Source: Vicugna vicugna (Eukaryota). Taken from it: a DNA stretch of 20,000 nt. Below, piece after piece: positions 19,752-20,000 of the stretch (within the stretch, counting starts at the first letter, position 1; the number at the start of each line of letters is the position of its first letter). The DNA is taken from NCBI GenBank assembly GCA_013265495.1, contig MU057555.1, positions 123,339 through 143,338 on the forward strand. The letters run 5' to 3'. The notes beneath the pieces are model-generated. The model made no database searches. It was not told the origin of the DNA and was given only the letters and a program-made list of their open reading frames with translations. A program made the translations under genes and the position numbers.

Positions 19752-20000
19752 TTAGCACCAGTCGTCGTCGTCGGTCTCGCTGTAGGCTTCGTGCAGGCCT
19801 TTCCGGGAGCCCGGCCCGCGGGGCCTGGCCAGTCCGTGGGCCGGGTAGTAGCCGTTGGGAAGTCGCCGGCCGTGCCGGGAAGGCGAGGCGCAGGCCGGGC
19901 CCGCGGCCCGGGGAGTCCTGGGCGAGCACGCGTGGCGCGCCGGGGGCGGCGCGTCGTAGGCGGCGGCCCGGGGCTCCTCCCCGCCGCCGCCGCCGCCGCC
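19752..20000 (-). CDS. CACNA1A: Partial terminal coding exon (exon 47 equivalent) of the P/Q-type voltage-gated calcium channel alpha-1A subunit (Cav2.1), long C-terminal isoform; 5' part lies beyond the window
   Basis: Manual minus-strand translation from 20000 gives [82 protein letters not shown], then TAA (tta at 19752-19754). This matches the recalled human C-terminus (...[37 protein letters not shown]), including the DDWC PDZ ligand. Confidence 0.96.
   Translation of the reverse strand, partial: GGGGGGGEEPRAAAYDAPPPARHACSPRTPRAAGPACASPSRHGRRLPNGYYPAHGLARPRGPGSRKGLHEAYSETDDDDWC
19983..20000 (-). repeat. (GGC)n trinucleotide repeat, at least 6 units, encoding poly-Gly; truncated by the window edge
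   Basis: gccgccgccgccgccgcc on +, in the CACNA1A reading frame. Confidence 0.9.

Larger units (their letters stand above)
19460..20000. promoter_or_regulatory. CpG island over the CACNA1A last exon and proximal 3'UTR (continues past the window)
   Basis: Very high GC and dense CpGs compared with the CpG-depleted rest of the window. Confidence 0.85.

Noticed and set aside
19387..19998. Alternative minus-strand frame overlapping the CACNA1A tail (ORF track 19387-19929; in fact open to the window edge)
   Set aside because: It has no ATG start in view (the call uses GTG) and encodes low-complexity Pro/Arg/Ala/Gly sequence. Long stop-free frames are expected in such GC-rich DNA, and the recognisable protein is in another frame.
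1..20000. CRISPR array, prokaryotic operon or other novel multi-gene system
   Set aside because: The window is mammalian intergenic DNA plus one gene end. There is no regularly spaced repeat-spacer array, and the dispersed repeats are explained by known transposon classes.

Overview
Mammalian genomic DNA, most likely from a camelid (alpaca, llama or camel), because it carries five copies of a tRNA-Ala-derived SINE resembling the camelid Vic-1 family. The last ~1.1 kb is the 3' end of CACNA1A (Cav2.1 alpha-1A) on the minus strand. This comprises the final 82 codons of the terminal exon (ending ...[15 protein letters not shown], stop at 19752-19754, missed by the ORF track), a CpG-island edge, and a ~0.9 kb 3'UTR with candidate poly(A) signals. 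The other ~18.8 kb is intergenic DNA downstream of the gene; in human, IER2 lies on this side (from memory). It is dominated by nested transposon fossils (L1, L2, MIR, MLT1, MER20/33/58, Charlie4a, two ERV1-type LTRs, SINEs), many with readable target-site duplications. Between them lie repeat-poor islands that look like cis-regulatory elements, the best being a near-consensus CTCF motif in a CpG-retaining patch at ~14.9 kb. I find no convincing evidence of a new gene or an undescribed biological system. Repeat family names and ortholog comparisons come from recalled consensus sequences, not database searches.
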